Source: an uncultured delta proteobacterium (GTDB lineage: Bacteria; Desulfobacterota; Binatia; Binatales; Binataceae). From it: DNA of 64,000 bases. A program made the translations under genes and the position numbers. The DNA lies in assembly GCA_963765675.1 (NCBI GenBank), contig CAVXXK010000001.1:32001-96000 (forward strand), given 5' to 3'. Positions 59,977-64,000 of the stretch are shown in pieces; within the stretch, counting starts at the first letter, position 1, and the number at the start of each line of letters is the position of its first letter. The notes under the pieces were generated by a model. That model saw only the letters and a program-made list of their open reading frames with translations. It was not told the DNA's origin and made no database searches.

Positions 59977-60444
59977 CAGATGCTTCCTTAAGGCTGGGCC
60001 TGCTTTGAACCGCCCAAATTCCGATCGAATCAATCTACTGGGGGAAAAAAATCGCGACCGCATCTGACTTCAATTTCTTTGCAAGAAGCATCCGCGCAAC
60101 TTCGCTCAGATGTAAAGCAGAGTTTTGTAATCTGAAGAACAAAATAGTGTCGATGGGCGGTGAGCCGCAGGCCTAATCTGCTAGGTTGAGCTTATAGGGC
60201 GCTCTTCGTATCTGGACGAAGCATTCTCTAGCTTAAGGGTGCCGGGGGGGAACCTCGTCCAACTCAGGTCCACAACCGGTGCTCTGCCAGTTCTTGAATC
60301 CAAGCAGAGGTAACTAAGTGTCAGCCAGGTTCGCGATCAACGGCTTTAGCTGCACGGGCCGCATGGGTTTTCAGGCTGCTTTACAATACGGTGGCCAGCG
60401 TCCAAGTAACCGAAACCGGCGACCGTCTGGGCGAAGGAGATCAC

Positions 60445-62898
60445 ATGTGCGTATCGGGAGGTCCGCACCTGACTGGCCTGGAATTCCGGCGCGTTGGACT
60501 TCCAGTGCCAAGGTCGCCGTCGGCACGGCCCTCAGCAACAAGAGCCGTGTCTGGTTTACGCTCAGCCACGGAATCTTCAACGAGAAATATTACCCTCGCA
60601 TCGACCAAGCCTGCGACCGCGACATGGGGCTGATAGTCACGGCTGGAAAGGATTTCTTCTCCGAGGAGAGAGGCGACTACAAATACTTAGGGGTGGAATG
60701 GCTGGCCGACGGCGTGCCCGCGTTCTGCCTGATTAACACCTGCGGTGAGGGCCCCTATCGCATCGAAAAGCAGATTGTGACCGATCCACGGGGGGACACG
60801 GTCTTGCAGTGTATCGCGCAGCAAGGCGCACTGTCCGATTATCACCTTAATATCCTGGCTCGTGCTGCACCTGGGAAACCACGGCGATGGAGATACCGGT
60901 TGGGTGGGCAAATTTGAAGGAACGCCGCTGCTGTTCGCCCAGCGCAAGGACTGCGCATTAGCGCTGGCCTGTTCTGTTCCATGGACCAAGCGGTCGGCCG
61001 GCTATGTGGGTTCATCAGACGGCTGGCAAGACCTGAAAGCGCACACCCAGCTGACTTGGGAATATATGTGGGCGGAAAACGGCAATGTGGCTCTGGCGGC
61101 CGAGATTGATCTTTCGAAATCGCAAGGAAACTTCGTCTTGGCCCTCGGTTTTGGAGAGGATCCGAACGGAGCAGCAAAGAATGCCATCGCCAGCTTGCGC
61201 GATGGTTTTGACAAGGCGAAGCAAGACTATATTTCCGGCTGGCAGGATTGGATGAAGACGCACGCATCGTTGAAGGAGAGTGAAGGCACTCCAGGCGATC
61301 TTGCCCGAAAAAGTCTCGCCGTCGTGCGCGTCCATGAATCCAAGTATGCGCCGGGCGCACTGATTGCCAGCCTCGCCATTCCTTGGGGATTTAGCAAAGG
61401 CGATGATGATCAGGGTGGTTACCACCTCGTCTGGTCGCGCGACATGGTGGAGACGGCGGGCGGTTTGCTCGCTATCGGTGCGCACGAGGACGTACGCCGA
61501 GTGCTCTCATTTTTGCAGAAAACCCAGCAGCCAAACGGTCACTGGTCTCAAAATATGTGGCTGGATGGCTCGCCCTATTGGAATGGGATCCAAATGGACG
61601 AGACCGCTTTGCCCATTCTTCTGGTGGATTTTGCCTATCGCGAGAAGGCATTGGTGGCGGAGACCGATGTGGCCCGGTTTTGGGAGATGGTGCGGAACGC
61701 TGCCGGATATTTGGTCCGTAATGGTCCGGTGAGTCCGCAGGATCGCTGGGAGGATGATCCCGTCTATTCGCCGTTCACGGTCGGGGCAGAAATCGCCGCG
61801 CTCTTGGCGGCGGCGGATATGGCCGACGCGAATCACGAAGCCGCTATTGCAACCTATCTCCGCGAAATCGCCGACGTCTGGAACACCTCCATCGAACGCT
61901 GGATGTATGCATCCCGCACGGATTGGTGCCGGAAGTTCTACGTTAAAGGCTATTACGTCCGGATCGCTTCGAACGAGACGGGGACAGGCGGGTCGAGTTT
62001 CCAAAAGAGTGTTCACGTCAAGAATGTTGCGGCCGCCGAGGACACCCGAATTGCGAGTCATCTGGTCAGTCCCGATACTCTTGCGTTGGTGCGTTTCGGC
62101 TTGCGCGCTGCCAACGACCCGCGCATTCAGGACACCGCGAAAATCATTGACGCATTGCTCAAGGTGGAAACGCCGTTCGGCTGCACCTGGCTTCGCTACA
62201 ACGACGACGGCTATGGCGAGCATGAAGATGGCGCGCCTTTTGACGGAAGCGGGATTGGCCGCGGGTGGCCCCTGCTCACCGGCGAGAGGGCACACTTCGA
62301 ACTGGCGGCAGGCCGAATCGAAAATGCCGAACGACTTCTGACCGCAATGGAATCCTTCGCCAACGAAGGCGGCTTAATCTCAGAGCAAGTCTGGGACTCT
62401 CCCGACATACCAGAACGCGGACTTCATTTCGGCCGGCCTTCCGGTTCAGCCATGCCGCTGGTGTGGGCACATGCGGAGTATCTCAAGCTGCGACGGTCGC
62501 TGCGCGACGGCCAGCTTTTCGACCAGCCGCCGCAAACGGTACAACGCTATCTCGTAGAGAAAACCATATCCCCGCGGATGGTGTGGCGGTTTAACCACAA
62601 GATTCGGTCTATGCCTGCCGGGAAAATATTGCGCATTGAGACGATGGCGCCTGCCATCATTCATTGGAGTTCCAATAATTGGAACACCGTCCACGAGGCA
62701 ACGACGCACGATGTCGAGTTGGGCATTCACTTCGCCGATCTAACGACCGAAGCGCTTTCCGAAGGCAAGCAGGTCAAATTCACGTTCTACTGGCCGGACG
62801 CTGATCATTGGGAAGGCAAGGACTTCACCGTCCCTGTCGTCTCTTTGCGAGCGGATGTGCCTGCGTCTGCTGATTGGACAGCGACCTATGAAGAATGA
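60445..62898 (+). CDS. Glucoamylase / glucan 1,4-alpha-glucosidase (GH15), frameshifted N-terminus
   Basis: WPGIPARWTSSAK, GGYHLVWSRD, QMDE, DRWE, ISEQVWD and SAMPLVWAHAEY motifs. Confidence 0.85.
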
Positions 62899-63602
62899 CG
62901 CCAACGCACACGAATCCTATCTCAGCGATGAGCCGATCGAATGAAGCAAAGTCTATGAAGAAAGCGGCCGCCATCACTTGCGTGTTTCTGGATATCGGCG
63001 GTGTCTTGCTCACCAACGGATGGGACCATCATGCGCGCAAACGAGCGGCGACGAACTTCAAACTCGAGTGGTCCGAGATGGAGGATCGGCATCACCTAAC
63101 CTTCGCCTCCTACGAAGAGGGAAAGCTCACGCTGGAAGAATATTTGGGTCGGGTGGTCTTTTACCAAAGGCGACCATTCACCCGGGCTCAGTTTCAGCGC
63201 TTCATGTTCGCGCAATCGAAACCTTATCCCGAGATGATCGAGTTGGTCGCTCGGCTCAAGGTAAGGCATCGGCTCAAGATCGGCGTGGTTAGCAACGAAG
63301 CGCGCGAACTGAATGCCTATCGAATTCGAAAGTTCAAATTGGAGGGGTTTGTGGATTTTTTTATTTCCTCCTGCTTCGTGCACGTCCGCAAGCCTGACGC
63401 GGACATTTTTAGGCTTGCGTTGGACGTCGCCCAATTACCAGCCCGGCAGGTCGTCTATATCGAAGACACTCCAATGTTCGTCCAGATCGCGGGAAGTCTG
63501 GGGATTCGAAGCATCCTTCACACGGATTACACGTCGACGTGCGCGAGACTGGCTTCGTTCGGATTACATGCTGGCGAAGGAGTCATCCATGAAGCCGGCT
63601 AG
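62895..63602 (+). CDS. HAD family phosphatase
   Basis: FLDIGGVL, VSNE and RKPD motifs. Confidence 0.85.
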   Translation: MTPTHTNPISAMSRSNEAKSMKKAAAITCVFLDIGGVLLTNGWDHHARKRAATNFKLEWSEMEDRHHLTFASYEEGKLTLEEYLGRVVFYQRRPFTRAQFQRFMFAQSKPYPEMIELVARLKVRHRLKIGVVSNEARELNAYRIRKFKLEGFVDFFISSCFVHVRKPDADIFRLALDVAQLPARQVVYIEDTPMFVQIAGSLGIRSILHTDYTSTCARLASFGLHAGEGVIHEAG

Positions 63603-63751
63603 CTCACACATTCTAACGATCAATGGCGGCTCATCGAGCATCAAATTCGCCTTGTTTGAAGTTGGCGAGCCGCTACGGCGTCCGGGTCATTCATACGAAT
63701 GAAGACCTCATGATCGCCAAGACCGTTTGCAGCGTTCTTGGCCTCAGCTGA
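63589..63751 (+). pseudogene. ackA: Acetate kinase remnant with large internal deletion
   Basis: N-terminus ILTINGGSSSIKFALF joined out of frame to C-terminus VIHTNEDLMIA..V. Confidence 0.8.
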
Positions 63752-63767
63752 AAAGGAGAATTGAAAC

Positions 63768-64000
63768 GTGAATACCGAAACTCTTTCCCCGGAACTATTG
63801 CACAAGATCGATGCTTACTGGCGCGCCGCCAACTATATCTCGGTCGGTCAGATTTATCTCTACGACAATCCGTTGTTGAAGGAGCCACTCAAACTGTCGC
63901 ACGTGAAGCCGCTGGTGGTCGGACATTGGGGCACCGTGCCAGGCCAGAATTTCATCTACGTGCATCTGAACCGGGTCATCAAGAAATATGACCTGAATAT
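63768..64000 (+). CDS. xfp: Phosphoketolase (partial, runs off the window)
   Basis: [42 protein letters not shown]; not in the ORF track. Confidence 0.9.
   Translation, partial: MNTETLSPELLHKIDAYWRAANYISVGQIYLYDNPLLKEPLKLSHVKPLVVGHWGTVPGQNFIYVHLNRVIKKYDLN

Larger units (their letters stand above)
49633..64000. mobile_element. tRNA-Asn-integrated mobilizable element (IME/degenerate ICE); right end probably outside the window
   Basis: Integrase, xis, MOBF relaxase, T4CP, pilin and ImmA/ImmR-like genes; no tRNA 3' repeat (attR) seen in the window, so inclusion of 59-64 kb as cargo is inferred. Confidence 0.85.

Overview
High-GC bacterial chromosome segment. Gene content and protein style resemble Candidatus Binatia/Deltaproteobacteria-like soil MAGs (inference only). 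Bases 1-49.6 kb are mostly housekeeping or metabolic genes: a VWA protein, a diiron protein with TetR, an MFS transporter, solA, xseAB-tlyA-ROK, a GH1 glucosidase, glgA, rnhA, lon and a sirC-ccsA-hemA-hemC-cobA/hemD-hemB operon. This part is interrupted by a ~4.2 kb Rhs toxin/immunity islet bracketed by a ~129 bp duplication of the MFS gene 3' end. It also holds three tandem 59-aa single-TM microprotein genes, missed by the ORF track, behind a sigma54-type promoter (24.8-25.6 kb). From tRNA-Asn (49633-49708) to the window end lies an integrative mobilizable element. It encodes a tyrosine integrase whose ORF runs through the tRNA, Xis, a MOBF relaxase, a T4CP, an RHH protein, DUF2274, a lone TrbC/VirB2 pilin and ImmA/ImmR-like regulators. 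Three of its promoters carry the same operator palindrome in the same register, and probable carbohydrate-metabolism cargo follows. Many single-base frameshifts (glgA, lon, a crotonase, relaxase, ImmA, cargo) suggest uncorrected long-read indels, so the broken reading frames are not firm evidence of pseudogenes.
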